A stretch of 64,000 nt of DNA from NCBI GenBank assembly GCA_002309655.1, contig DBXM01000051.1:2856-66855 (forward strand). Reading direction: 5' to 3'. Positions 35,565-46,800 of this stretch are shown here, piece after piece (positions within the stretch are counted from its first letter, which is position 1; every line of letters begins with the position of its first letter). Under the pieces are notes generated by a model. It saw only the letters and a program-made list of their open reading frames with translations. It was not told where the DNA came from and ran no database searches. Origin of the DNA: Mageeibacillus sp. UBA1212 (lineage in GTDB: Bacteria > Bacillota > Clostridia > UBA1212). The position numbers were made by a program, and so were the translations under genes.

Positions 35565-36851
35565 ATGGACATCAAATCTAAATCTTATTCTGCATATCAA
35601 AAGGGGCTCATTTTTCTCTGCTGGGCGATCTATACCGTCTCGTATTTCGGCAGGCTCAGCTTCAGTTCCAACATCACGAACATAATGGAATCGTACGGGG
35701 TGACGCACGCCGAAGCCGGGCTTGTGACCACCTTCTTTTTCTTTGCCTACGGAGCCGGCCAGTTCGTGAACGGTCTCCTTTGCAAGCACTACAACAAGAC
35801 GGTCCTGTTCCCCGCCGCGCTGACGGTTTCGGCTGCGATTAACGTCGCGGTTTTCGCGGGTCTTCCGTTCAATCTTATCAAGTATTTCTGGTTCGTGAAC
35901 GGCTGTTCGCAGTCCGTGCTATGGAGCTCGCTCATTCTGATTCTCGGCGAGAATCTCGACAGGAAGCACGCCGACATCTCGGTGGCGGTGCTTGGAACCA
36001 CCACTTCGATAGGAACGTTTTTGTCCTATTTTTCGGGATTTGCGTTCACCCGCTGGGGCAATTATAAAATAGTGTTTCCGGTGGCCGCGGCGGTGATGAT
36101 TCTGATGGCGGCGATGTGGCTCGTGTTCTACCCGCGACTTATCAGGAATATAAACGCGTCAAAACCGCTCGCGCCGGAACCGTCCGCTCAACAGGAGATT
36201 TCAGGTGAAAAACCGGACTCTCAGGAACAGCGCGAAAACGTCTCAAAGCTTGCAGGAAGAGCCGCAATAGTTACGGTTGCGGTCTTCGCGTTCTTCTCGG
36301 TTGTCTGCAACTTCCTGAAGGACGGCCTCCAGACCTGGGTCCCCGCGATCCTCAAGGAAACCTACCACATGGACGACAGCATCTCGATTCTGCTGACGCT
36401 CGTGCTTCCGGGCATTTCAGCTTTCTGCGGACTCGTCACCCTCGCCTTCTCAAAGGTAATCAAAAGCTTCCCGCTGCTGGCGGCGGCCATGTTCGGCGTG
36501 TCTGCCCTCTGCGCGCTGGTCCTGAGGTTCACGCTCGGTGTCTCCTTTATCGCGGCGCTCGTATTTTTCGCGATCATTTCGCTTCTAGCCCACTGCATAA
36601 ACTCGGTATCGACCAATCTGCTGCCTCTTCGCGTGCGCGGCTCGCTGAACCCCGGAACCGTCTCGGGAATCCTGAACGGCAGCTGCTACGTCGGCTCCAC
36701 GATCAGCGCGTACGGCCTGGGCCTCATTGCGGACAACGCCGGTTGGGACACCGTTTTCAGCGTATTTTTAATCTCCGCGGCGGTCGCCTCGCTGACCGGA
36801 CTCGTGTTCTTTTTCGTCGAAAACGCAAGATCGCGGAAGAATTCAGGGTAG
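35565..36851 (+). CDS. MFS transporter, with the start moved to the ATG at 35565.
   Basis: 12-TM MFS architecture with a GRLSFS loop motif. Start chosen downstream of the promoter -10 with SD acggagcgg. The track ORF starting at 35508 would overlap the promoter. Confidence 0.7.
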   Translation: MDIKSKSYSAYQKGLIFLCWAIYTVSYFGRLSFSSNITNIMESYGVTHAEAGLVTTFFFFAYGAGQFVNGLLCKHYNKTVLFPAALTVSAAINVAVFAGLPFNLIKYFWFVNGCSQSVLWSSLILILGENLDRKHADISVAVLGTTTSIGTFLSYFSGFAFTRWGNYKIVFPVAAAVMILMAAMWLVFYPRLIRNINASKPLAPEPSAQQEISGEKPDSQEQRENVSKLAGRAAIVTVAVFAFFSVVCNFLKDGLQTWVPAILKETYHMDDSISILLTLVLPGISAFCGLVTLAFSKVIKSFPLLAAAMFGVSALCALVLRFTLGVSFIAALVFFAIISLLAHCINSVSTNLLPLRVRGSLNPGTVSGILNGSCYVGSTISAYGLGLIADNAGWDTVFSVFLISAAVASLTGLVFFFVENARSRKNSG

Positions 36852-36964
36852 TTCTTTGTAAAACTGCCGGATTATTTAACAAAAATCGTTTTACTATCCC
36901 GTTTCAATGCGATATAATCATGAATTGAGCTCAAAGCTTTAATTATCCTTAACGGAGTGTACAA

Positions 36965-37747
36965 ATGAGAGAATTTTTCGGAATCGGCGGTTACATGCGC
37001 GAACCTGAGGGCTACCTGTCCCCCGCGCATCTTATTTTTGTGTCTTCGCTCATGCTCGTCATGCTGGCGGCGGCGATTATTTTGGGTCTTGTCTACCGCA
37101 AAAAGAGTGAAAAAGAAAAACTGAAAGTCATCGCAGTCGCGGCGATTCTCATGGACTCGATCGAGCTGTTCAAAATCGTTTTCGTGTGCTGGCGCGAACA
37201 CAACTTCTCGCATATTCTCATCGTGCTGCCCCTGTTCCTGTGCAGCATTCCGCTGTTCACGCTTCCGCTGGCGGCGTTCGGGAAAGGCAGACTCCGCGAG
37301 GCGTCGCTTGACTTCACGTTCATTTTCGGTCTTCTGATCGCCTTCCTGGGAACCTACGGCGCCGGCCAGAACTACTCGGTCTACCCCGTGCTCGGTTTCG
37401 ACAACGTCGTCTCGGGAATCACCCACGCAATCTCCGGTTTCGCGGCGCTCTACATCGCGGTCTCCGGCCTGCTCAGCATGAAGAAAGAGAACATCGGCAT
37501 CTCGTTCGGAATCCTCTGCGGCTTCTGCGTGGCGGCGTACGTGGCTGACATCCTGATCCCTTACAACTACATGTTCCTGATGCGCGGCGACGGCACCCCC
37601 TACGACATTTTCTACAACCTCGTGAACGGCAACAAGATCCTCTACCCGCTGATCGTCGTCTTCCTGTTCCTGCTCTACATCTCCTGCTTCTACGCGGTAT
37701 TTTTCCTGATACGGAAAAACAGGCAGAAAAAGAAGAACGCGGCGTAA
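36965..37747 (+). CDS. Hypothetical polytopic membrane protein (YwaF-like).
   Basis: About 7 predicted TM helices. Possible TTTACT-17-TATAAT promoter at about 36889-36918. Confidence 0.5.
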   Translation: MREFFGIGGYMREPEGYLSPAHLIFVSSLMLVMLAAAIILGLVYRKKSEKEKLKVIAVAAILMDSIELFKIVFVCWREHNFSHILIVLPLFLCSIPLFTLPLAAFGKGRLREASLDFTFIFGLLIAFLGTYGAGQNYSVYPVLGFDNVVSGITHAISGFAALYIAVSGLLSMKKENIGISFGILCGFCVAAYVADILIPYNYMFLMRGDGTPYDIFYNLVNGNKILYPLIVVFLFLLYISCFYAVFFLIRKNRQKKKNAA

Positions 37748-37771
37748 CCCGGTTCTTTATAGTATACAAAA

Positions 37772-37808
37772 CACCGCGGCAGTCAAAGCTCCGCGGTGCT
37801 TTTTTTTA
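37772..37808. terminator. Bidirectional rho-independent terminator between convergent genes.
   Basis: caccgcgg-(11-nt loop)-ccgcggtg followed by T8, with an A4 tract upstream. Confidence 0.7.
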
Positions 37809-37823
37809 TGTTCTGAAATATGT

Positions 37824-38765
37824 TTATTTGATAAATTCGAGAATGTCCGCCGTGACCTCGGGGGCCGCGGAGTCGTTCAGCACCTCGTGCCTGTTATCCT
37901 CATAGAGCTTCATTTTGACGTTCTTGCCGACCGCCTGCAGGTTGTCCCTGACCTTGATGACGCCCTTGCCGTAGTCTCCCACCGGGTCGTCACTTCCCGA
38001 CACCAGGAACACCGGAATGTCCTCCGGGAACTCCCTGAACCACTTCTTGGAGTTGCAGTTTTTGGTGAGCTGCATAAGGTCGGAGAGCGCCGATACCGTG
38101 AACCGGAAGCTGCAGTGGGTGTCGTTCTTGTACATGTTGCGGATGGCTCTGTCCTTGGAAAGCCAGGAACGCCTGTCGTTTTCCTCCTTGAAATGGCTGT
38201 TGTAGCTGCCGAAGGCGAGGAACTCCAGGAACGTCGAGTAGGCCTTCTCGCCCTTAAAGAACTTCGTTATTTTAGTCAGGAAGAGGCCGATTCCCGCCGC
38301 GGGGTTGGGACCGCCGGTGCCCATCACAATGAGCTTTTCGGGCTTCGAATAATTTGCGGTTCCGATGTAGTTCGACGCCGCCAGCCTGACAATGAACGAG
38401 CCCATGCTGTGGCCCATCAGGTAGTAAGGAAGGTCCCTGCCGTACTCGTTCCTGACCGCGTTCGCGAATACTCCAATGTCCTCCACCAGCCTCTTCCAGC
38501 CGTCCTTGTGGGCGATGAAGCCGTACTCGCTCTCGTCATTCACGGTGTAGCCGTGGCCCAGGTGGTCGTAGCCGAACACGAGATACCCCTCGTCCCGCAA
38601 TCTTCTCATGAAAAAGTCGTAACGGACCGTATACTCCGACATGCCGTGAACGACCTGGTAGATGCCCTTCGGCCTGCCTTCGGGAACGTAAACGCGCCCC
38701 GCCAGCATGTGAACGCCGTCAGACGATAACACTTTTTTCTCGATAAAACCCTGCGCCTCTGCCAT
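37824..38765 (-). CDS. Alpha/beta hydrolase of the lysophospholipase/monoacylglycerol-lipase type.
   Basis: GHSMGS nucleophile elbow in MGHSMGSFIV. Hydrolase_4-like length. Next to glpK. Confidence 0.65.
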   Translation of the reverse strand: MAEAQGFIEKKVLSSDGVHMLAGRVYVPEGRPKGIYQVVHGMSEYTVRYDFFMRRLRDEGYLVFGYDHLGHGYTVNDESEYGFIAHKDGWKRLVEDIGVFANAVRNEYGRDLPYYLMGHSMGSFIVRLAASNYIGTANYSKPEKLIVMGTGGPNPAAGIGLFLTKITKFFKGEKAYSTFLEFLAFGSYNSHFKEENDRRSWLSKDRAIRNMYKNDTHCSFRFTVSALSDLMQLTKNCNSKKWFREFPEDIPVFLVSGSDDPVGDYGKGVIKVRDNLQAVGKNVKMKLYEDNRHEVLNDSAAPEVTADILEFIK

Positions 38766-38776
38766 AATACACTCCT

Positions 38777-40288
38777 TTATTTCTCATTTCCGATTTCAAA
38801 TTTAAACTCGCGGCAAGCTCTTACTGCCTCTTTCCATCCAGCGGTAAGTTTCCGCCGCTCGGCCTCGCTCATTGTAGGCACGAATTCCCGCTCGGCCGCC
38901 ACCTTTACCGCCACGTCGCGCCTCGTCTGCCACATTCCCGCAGTGAGCCCCGCAAGGAACGCCGCACCCAAAGCGGTCGCCTCGTTGTTGGCCGGCTTCG
39001 CGACCTTCACGCAGGAAATGTCCGCCTGGAACCGCAGCAGGAATTTGTTCGCGGCCGCTCCGCCGTCCACCTTCAAAGTGAGCGGCCTCTGCCCCATGTC
39101 GCCCGCGATCGACTGAACGAGATCGTCCGTCTGGTACGCGATCGCCTCCAGCGCCGCGCGAACGATCTCCGCTTTTCCTGTAGCCCCGGTGATTCCGAAA
39201 AGGCTCCCGCGAGCGTCCATGTCCCAGTAAGGCGCGCCGAGACCCGCCAGCGCCGGAACCACGTAAAGTCCCTTCGAAGAGCCCGCTTTTTCGGCGATTT
39301 CCTCAGTTTCGGAGGCGTTTTTGATGACTCCCAGGTTGTCGCGGAGCCACTTCACGATCGCGCCGCCGGTGAAAACGCTGCCCTCGAGGGCGTACTGCGG
39401 CTCCTCGCCCTCAAGCGTCGCCGCAATTGTAGTTACGAGACCGTTCGTGCTCCTGACAGGAACGTTCCCCGTGTTGGCGAGCAGGAAGCAGCCGGTCCCG
39501 TAAGTGTTTTTCATTTCACCCGGGAACCAGCAGCACTGGCCGAAAAGCGCCGCCTGCTGGTCGCCGGCGATACCCGCCACCGGAATTTTGACGCCGGCGA
39601 CGTCCGCGATACCGTAAAGCGTTCCCGAAGCCTTGACCTCGGGCATCATCGACGCCGGGATCCCGAAAAGCTCAAGCAGCTCCTCATCCCACTTAAGTGT
39701 GTGGATGTTGAAGAGCATCGTGCGCGACGCGTTGGTCATATCCGTCGCGTGAACCTTCCCTCCCGTGAGCTTCCAGAGGAGCCACGTGTCGACGGTTCCG
39801 AACAAAAGGTCGCCGTTTTCGGCCGCCTCCCGCGCGCCCTTGACGTTGTCGAGGATCCACTTAATTTTGGTGGCGCTGAAATACGCGTCGAGCCTGAGCC
39901 CGGTTTTAGCCGATATCATCTCACCAAAGCCCTTGATTTCAAGCTCCTCGCAAAGCTGGGACGTGCGCCTGCACTGCCAGACGATGGCGTTAAAAACCGG
40001 CTTCCCCGTGTGCCTGTCCCAGACGATCGTTGTCTCACGCTGGTTTGTGATTCCCATCGCCATGACCTCGTCCGGATTCACGCCGCCGGAAGTGATCGCC
40101 TTCGTGATCGCTCTCAGCTGCTTTTCGTAGATCTCCTCGGGGTCCTCTTCGACCCACGCGGGCTTCGGGAATATCTGCCTGACCTCGTACTGCGCGGACG
40201 AAACCGCCTTTAAATTCGAGTCGAGAACGATTCCCCTTACGCTTGTCGTGCCGGCGTCAACCGCCAGAATGTATTTTTTCAATTTCAA
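38777..40288 (-). CDS. glpK: Glycerol kinase.
   Basis: FGGY-family N-terminus YILAVDAGTTSVR and conserved GlpK blocks (GTSCF-like, GGAANK region). Confidence 0.85.
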   Translation of the reverse strand: MKLKKYILAVDAGTTSVRGIVLDSNLKAVSSAQYEVRQIFPKPAWVEEDPEEIYEKQLRAITKAITSGGVNPDEVMAMGITNQRETTIVWDRHTGKPVFNAIVWQCRRTSQLCEELEIKGFGEMISAKTGLRLDAYFSATKIKWILDNVKGAREAAENGDLLFGTVDTWLLWKLTGGKVHATDMTNASRTMLFNIHTLKWDEELLELFGIPASMMPEVKASGTLYGIADVAGVKIPVAGIAGDQQAALFGQCCWFPGEMKNTYGTGCFLLANTGNVPVRSTNGLVTTIAATLEGEEPQYALEGSVFTGGAIVKWLRDNLGVIKNASETEEIAEKAGSSKGLYVVPALAGLGAPYWDMDARGSLFGITGATGKAEIVRAALEAIAYQTDDLVQSIAGDMGQRPLTLKVDGGAAANKFLLRFQADISCVKVAKPANNEATALGAAFLAGLTAGMWQTRRDVAVKVAAEREFVPTMSEAERRKLTAGWKEAVRACREFKFEIGNEK

Positions 40289-40315
40289 AAACCTCCCGCC
40301 GCCTTCATTCTATAA

Positions 40316-41845
40316 TCAGGCTCGATCCGCAAAACCCAGAAGCGCCTTCAGCCTCTCCTCAAACGTTCCCGGATTCTCGTCGTAAGTGTAGTAATTCTCA
40401 GCCGCTCCGCGCAGCACCTCTCTAAGGTCCGCGTTGTCCTGCCGCCTTATAAGATAAGCCTCAACGTCCTGAATGCCGTCGCGAGTGTTGATGAACCGCG
40501 CGGATAGATTGTACTTTCTCCTTTCCGGATCCGGGTAAACGATGTGGCCGTCGCCTTTAAACCTCGCGTCGTCGAAAAGGCCGTAGAGCTGCGAGCCGTA
40601 GTAGTTGAACCCCCAGTGCAGGAAGCCCTTCGCGCCTGTAAGAGCGCAGACCCACTCCATGAGCCTCGAGCGGATGAACGGCATGTCGACGAACTTGTTG
40701 ATCCACCAGCCCTCCTCCGGGAAGCAGCAGGAATAAGTCCAGACCTCCCTGCCGCCGGCGATCACCTTTTCGAAAAACTCCGGGTCCTCCTCGTACACGT
40801 TGATCCTCGGAACCATAACGTCGCAAACGTCGCAAAGCCCGTGCGCACTCTCGATCATGTCAAGCGGCTCCCCCGCGGGAAGCTCAGGCGCCACTTCGGC
40901 GATTATAGCCCTCGCCCATCTCCACGCCTCGGTAGTGTGGGGTTCGTCCTCGATGTGGGTACGGAAAAGCCTGAGCGTGCCGTTCCCTTTAATGTGTTCG
41001 TAAATCGCGCCGTAGTACTGTCTCAGATACTCCGCGGCCTCTTCCGTCATCGTGTTCATCGTAACGTGTTCGGAATTTTCGCCAAGCGTGCCTATGGTCT
41101 TTCCCTCGACGGACTGGATCATCGCGGAGATCGTAAACGTCTTCGCGGCGCCCTCCTTAATGAACAGGTCCACGTAGCGGTCCCAGAGCGAAAAGTCGAA
41201 CGTCCACTTTCCGTCGCCTGTCTTGCGGCTTCCCGCGCCTGCGAGCAGCGGGAACGAGTTGATCACGACAGCGTTGCAGCGGAGCTCCCTGAAGACGCGC
41301 GCAATCATCCTCGTGTACTCCCACCACTCGTCCGAAAACGTTTTCGCGCAGCTGACGTTTTTGTCGTTGAAGTCGAAAAAGTACTCGTGGTTGAAGCGTC
41401 CCCTGTTGCTGTCGGGAATTACGGTCTCCGAGACGTTTACCGTAAAACATGCCGCGAATTCGCCGCGCGAGGTTATGACAGTTACCTTCGATTCAAAGGT
41501 CTTCCCCGCGAAGCAGGAAGGCACGAAAAAGTCGACCCAGAAGCTCTGCGCGGCGTGCGCCTTCACTTCCAGCGGCAGCGCCTCTTCGACAGGGGCGAGC
41601 TCGTCCGGGTAGTCGACGCGGTCGTTGTACATTCTGTATCTCTGCGCGAAAAGTCTCACGGCCACGTTTTCCGGCGCCTCCGCCTTTACGTCCGTAACCG
41701 TAAAATCCGCAAGCTCCCTTAAAACGACCTGCGCCGAGACGTAAGCGTTCGCGGCTGTGCAGAGCGTTTTCGAGTTCTTGGAATCACGCTCCGGCCTCGC
41801 GCTTTTGAATACCTGTTTTGTTGAATACTCTGTCCAGATAAACAT
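40316..41845 (-). CDS. DUF4091-like putative glycoside hydrolase.
   Basis: About 500-aa cytoplasmic protein with the Trp/acidic-rich pattern typical of DUF4091 TIM-barrel proteins. Low-confidence family call. Confidence 0.45.
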   Translation of the reverse strand: MFIWTEYSTKQVFKSARPERDSKNSKTLCTAANAYVSAQVVLRELADFTVTDVKAEAPENVAVRLFAQRYRMYNDRVDYPDELAPVEEALPLEVKAHAAQSFWVDFFVPSCFAGKTFESKVTVITSRGEFAACFTVNVSETVIPDSNRGRFNHEYFFDFNDKNVSCAKTFSDEWWEYTRMIARVFRELRCNAVVINSFPLLAGAGSRKTGDGKWTFDFSLWDRYVDLFIKEGAAKTFTISAMIQSVEGKTIGTLGENSEHVTMNTMTEEAAEYLRQYYGAIYEHIKGNGTLRLFRTHIEDEPHTTEAWRWARAIIAEVAPELPAGEPLDMIESAHGLCDVCDVMVPRINVYEEDPEFFEKVIAGGREVWTYSCCFPEEGWWINKFVDMPFIRSRLMEWVCALTGAKGFLHWGFNYYGSQLYGLFDDARFKGDGHIVYPDPERRKYNLSARFINTRDGIQDVEAYLIRRQDNADLREVLRGAAENYYTYDENPGTFEERLKALLGFADRA

Positions 41846-41896
41846 CGGGTTTTCTCCTTTTTATAGATAAAAATCACTTGTCTTTACAAATAAGGT

Positions 41897-43114
41897 TCAC
41901 TCATCGTACTTGCCGTACATCGTGGACGGCGGCAGCGTCGCGCCCTCTCCGTTCTCGTCCGGGAACGGCGTCAGGTCGTCGTGCTCGTAGAGCTTCCTGT
42001 CCTCTTCCTTCGAAAAGTCCGGCACCCTGAAGTTCTCGCCGTGCTTGAGGCAGCTCCGCCACGCCAGGATCGCGGTCGCCGACATCGCCACGCCCTTATA
42101 CACGTCAAAGAAAGGCGTTTTGCCGTCGCGGAAGTAGTCGATCATATTCTGAACGATCCAGTAGTCGCCTCCGCCGTGGCCTGCGCTGAGCGCTTTTTCC
42201 GCCTTTTCGCCCCAATAGGAAATGTCAGGCGTCAGGTACTGCACGCATTCCTGAACGTCCTCCGGCTTCGTGTAATGCTCGTAGAAAAGCCTGACCTTGC
42301 CGTCGGTGTAGCCTCCCTGCTCGACAGACCCCAGATCGCCGACGATCCTGTAGCGGCTGTAGTCGGAAGCCATCGCGGTGCAGCCCGTGAAAACTGCCGT
42401 CATTCCGTTGTCCATCTCGCAGAACATCTGCGCGGTCCCGTCGTCGTTCGGCCTGTAGTCCCTGTACTGCTCAAGCCTCTTCGAGTGGACCGCGCGCGCG
42501 GAGACGTACTTCGGCATGGAGTTTGTCATATACATAAGCGGTCCCATCGCGTGCGTAATGTAATAAGTGCGCGGCATCCACGCTCTCCAGTGCATCGGGA
42601 ACGGCGTCAGGTACTTCATGTCCTCGAACGTTCCCGAGTGGTTGTACTCGCCCTGCGCATAGAGGAACGTCCCGAGCGTGCCGCCGTCGATAATCCGCTT
42701 CATCTCGAGGTTCGGCGTCATGAACGGATAATTCTCCGCGATCATGTACTTTCTGCCTGTCCGCTCAACGCACCTGACGAGCTCAACGCAGAGCTTGAGC
42801 GTAGCCGCCGAGGTGCACTCACTGACTACGTCCATTCCGTTCTCCATCGCTTTGATTGCGAATTCCGCGTGCTGGTGGAAGAAATTGCACAGAAAAACGG
42901 CGTTCATTCCGGCGCTCTTCCCGTACTCCAGGAACGAGTCGAAGTCTTTGAAAAGCTCCGCCCCTTCGAGCCCCTTCACGCCGTCGAGTTTGTCGGCCTG
43001 CCTGTCGCAAACCGCCACGATTTTAATGACGTCCGGATCTTCCGCGGCGATAAGATTGATGTAGCTGTTGCCGCGCCACGCTCCGAAAATACCGAGTTTT
43101 ATAGTTTCAGCCAT
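41897..43114 (-). CDS. Gfo/Idh/MocA-family oxidoreductase, with the start moved to the ATG at 43114.
   Basis: MAETIKLGIFGAWRG Rossmann N-terminus preceded by SD ggaggag. The track ORF carries 21 extra N-terminal residues with no SD. Confidence 0.7.
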   Translation of the reverse strand: MAETIKLGIFGAWRGNSYINLIAAEDPDVIKIVAVCDRQADKLDGVKGLEGAELFKDFDSFLEYGKSAGMNAVFLCNFFHQHAEFAIKAMENGMDVVSECTSAATLKLCVELVRCVERTGRKYMIAENYPFMTPNLEMKRIIDGGTLGTFLYAQGEYNHSGTFEDMKYLTPFPMHWRAWMPRTYYITHAMGPLMYMTNSMPKYVSARAVHSKRLEQYRDYRPNDDGTAQMFCEMDNGMTAVFTGCTAMASDYSRYRIVGDLGSVEQGGYTDGKVRLFYEHYTKPEDVQECVQYLTPDISYWGEKAEKALSAGHGGGDYWIVQNMIDYFRDGKTPFFDVYKGVAMSATAILAWRSCLKHGENFRVPDFSKEEDRKLYEHDDLTPFPDENGEGATLPPSTMYGKYDE

Positions 43115-43215
43115 AATTCTCCTCCCGCAAAACAGCCGGTTTCCGCCCTTTATTGAACGTCCGGTCGTGCCCCGCAAAAAACATGAATGTGTGTTTTATC
43201 CGTTTTAGCTCCTGC

Positions 43216-43764
43216 TTATCTGTTTACCATCTTCTTGGAATCCAAGTAATCATTAAAATATTTTTCTAATAAATCAATAAAAGCAGAGCTTCGATAATCA
43301 GCCATTTTGCACAAATGAGTTCCAAATGCATCATATTTATCTATCATTGCAAGCCATCTCAATTCTTTGCCTCTTTCAGGGTCATCATCCATTGTGAAAA
43401 GAATGAACGACCCATCACCATACTTAAGCTGTACGCCTTGTCCATAAGGTCGATCCGTATATCCGTAAGGGTATGTATAAGGATAAAAGAAATCAACTTC
43501 TGAAAGCTCGTTTAAGAATTCACTCCTCAAACTATCGTCAAGAGTGTACACAATTTCCAGACAATCCATATCTAAATTGACTTCTATACCCGGGGTTTCT
43601 CCTTTTTGGCTCTTTATCGGTAATTGCTCATAATAACGAACAAAACTCACCTCCACGATATCGTTCATCAACTCATCAGAATCAAAAAAGTACATCGGAG
43701 GGTCGACCGCACAAGAAACCATAAATAAACAAAGTATTACAAGACAGAATAAACAACGTTTCAT
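43216..43764 (-). CDS. Small lipoprotein immediately downstream of the RHS toxin. Candidate cognate immunity protein.
   Basis: Lipobox LFMVSC. AT-rich codon usage like the RHS gene. 49-nt gap after the toxin stop. Confidence 0.45.
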   Translation of the reverse strand: MKRCLFCLVILCLFMVSCAVDPPMYFFDSDELMNDIVEVSFVRYYEQLPIKSQKGETPGIEVNLDMDCLEIVYTLDDSLRSEFLNELSEVDFFYPYTYPYGYTDRPYGQGVQLKYGDGSFILFTMDDDPERGKELRWLAMIDKYDAFGTHLCKMADYRSSAFIDLLEKYFNDYLDSKKMVNR

Positions 43765-43813
43765 TAATTTGCTCCCTTCATTCCAAAAGTTTTTGAGCTA
43801 ATCAAAATGCTAA

Positions 43814-46800
43814 TCAGTAGGATTCATCCCACCAAAAAAAAGCAGGAAAAATAAAATAGCTCAATCCATAATACCACCAAGCTCTGGCAATGACATCTGA
43901 AGACTGTCCTCTCTTGGCATTTCCAAGAATATCAGCTAGAGCCTCCCAAGGCTCTTCGTATAATCTGTATTTCCTGTCAAGTTTGCAAGAAGAAGGAATT
44001 GCGACTGTTATTAAATATGTTATAATCCCTGACATCATCAATTGCCAGTTATGACCACGCTCATGCCTAAGGTCGTTCTCATCATCTCCATCAGCTAACA
44101 GAATTATGCCAAAAGATCCTGATCTTTCGCCCTCCCCTATTCGGAATACTGGAACTCCTTTGTAAAACGACACTTTTCTTGATTTCAAAACATCGCTGAC
44201 ATCTGAATTAAACGGGTTATATTCAATCTCCTTAAGATCCGTCTTAATATCTTCATCAAAGCAAGACATAATACACATCCCAGCATATGATAAAACAGAT
44301 GCAGCAATTTGAACAGCAGACCCTCCAATTGGTGTAAAAGCCAAAAGAAGTGCAATAACCAAAATAGCATAATGACCATTAATATCTACGCAATTCACCG
44401 GATCATTCCTGCAATATGTGTAAAGATTACACCCAAGCGGGCCTTCCCCGATGTTCAGCTGTGAGTCAGCGTTAATGAATCTTCCTAAATAAGGGTCGTA
44501 ATACCGGCTCTTAAGGTAATAGAATCCTGTTTCGTTGTCGTAATAGTATCCCCTGTATCTTACCGGGTTGATGTAACCAATGCTTGTAGTGTCGGTTGTA
44601 ACGTCTACTCCGCTGCCGTTCTTGATTGAGATTAAAGAGCCCCATGTGTCGTAGGTATAGGCTGCAACTACTGCCCCAGCGCTGTTAATTATGTGCGTTA
44701 TATCGCCCTGTATGTTGCGGATGTATCGGTAATATGATGGTGCGCCGCTGTTTTGAGAATATGCAAAGCCACAAATTCTGCCCGCAGCATCATAGTCGAA
44801 AACCATCTCGTATGAGCCGTCTGCCGCCCATTCGGATTTAAGCGTATCACCCACCCAAAAGTAATTGATCCGTTTTGAAACGTTATCGTTTGAAACAAGC
44901 GTTTTTCTTGTTCTCAGTCCGTCTGCATCGTAAAGATAGCTTTGCGCATAAGCGGCTCCGTTTGGTGTTACAGTTGCAAGCTTGTTTCCCCGGCTCCAGG
45001 TCATTGCATAGCTTGTTTTCCCCATATAGGTCAACGGATTTCCGACAGTATCGTAAGAGTAATATGACCCGCCAATATATGTTGACAAGATGTCCTTGTC
45101 CGTCGCGTTATAACCGTAAATCGGGATTGAGAGTAGCGTTGCGGTCCCTAAAAGCGATGATGTGCCTATGTTGGGACTGTACGAGAATATCATTTTGGCA
45201 AGCAGATTGCCGCCGTTATCGTATGTATATCTGATAGTATAGCCGCTTCCGTTATTAAGTTTTTTATTGTCTTCACGAATTAACTGACCAAGTGCATCAT
45301 ACTCATATTTATTGGTCAAAATCCCGTTATCCGATATCGTTTTTATCTTGCCGTTATCGTAGTAAGTATATGTCAGCGCCGGAACTGATGACAGCGAGCA
45401 AGTCTCGGAGGATACGAGATATGTCTCATTGGTCAAATGGTACGTGTGACCGTTGTATACAGTATCCTTCTCCTTAACAACGTATGAATACGACTTGTTC
45501 AAAGAAGAAGAGGGGTTGTCATGAGCGAATGATGTAATTCGTCCAATGTCATCAAACGTAAGTGTTTTTGTTCCGGTAACGCCTTCTCTGACCGACATTT
45601 TGCTTGCGGCATCAGATTCAGTCCGCGAATCATACTCCCTGGTTGTAAGAGCTGTCGTAAAAAACTCTGTTTCTATATTCCCGCTTTGCCCAACGTCATA
45701 TTGATAAAAAACCTTGTTTCCGTCACTTGATAAAACGCATTTCAGTCTGCCGGTCGGATCATAGCTGTACTGTTTTGTGTTTACGCGAGCAGAATCGGAA
45801 CGGTCAACAGACTTAACCACATTTCCGTTATTGTCGTAATACCATACAAAGGTTGCATTGCTGATGTTAGCGTTTGAATCGAAAGCGACATACGTCAGGC
45901 GTCCCAAAGAATCATATCCAAAGTACTTTGTCTGACCGTTTCCATAATGAATTTCAGATAACTGTCCGAATGTTCCGCCATAGGAATAACCGGCTACGGT
46001 CCGGATACTGCTGCCATTTGCATCCAGAATCGCGAAAGACGTCATATTGCCTGCATTATTCGTCCCGAAAGAATATGAAAACCCGTTGTGTGAAATACCG
46101 GTTGAATACGGATTGTATGCTATCCCGAAAGACGAACCGCCTTCTGACTCGCCGATCAATCTGCCATATGAGTCATACGTAAAAGATGTCGCACCCCCGC
46201 TACCGTCCGTAACAGAAAGCAGATCACCCGTCGCACTTGAATATGAGTAAGTTATGTCGTTTCCCGACATATCTGTTTCTCTGTGTAAAAACCTTCCGTC
46301 AGACGTGTAGTCGTAAACTTTGTGAGAGATACAGTTGATACCTGAAAGTGTTGCCGATTCGATAATCTTACCGTGCGCGTTGTACGCATATAGGTCGTAA
46401 GTATCAACCGATAATGAACTGTTTCCGCCCGGTGCAAATGACTCATCTGTGCGAATCACCTGTGTCGGGACAAGAGTACTGTATGAATAAAATGTAGATG
46501 TTTCGTTTCCGGCAGCGTCGGTGTGGTAAACTGCCGAGATTCTGTCCGGAAGAGTATTCTCATAAGCATATTCAGTTTCCGCCCCTGAGAAACCTCTCTC
46601 AAACTGAATTCTTCCAAAACTGTCGTAAACGTACTGGCTTCTGTCTGAATAATCCCCAAAACTGTCTATATACTCTGCCGTTAAACCGCCAAAGCACACA
46701 TCAGTGTAGTTGTAGTCGTTGACAAGGCTTATCGTAACGTCGCTGCTGAACCCTTCGATTTTGATAATTACACTTACAAACTGCCATCCCTCTGTGGCGG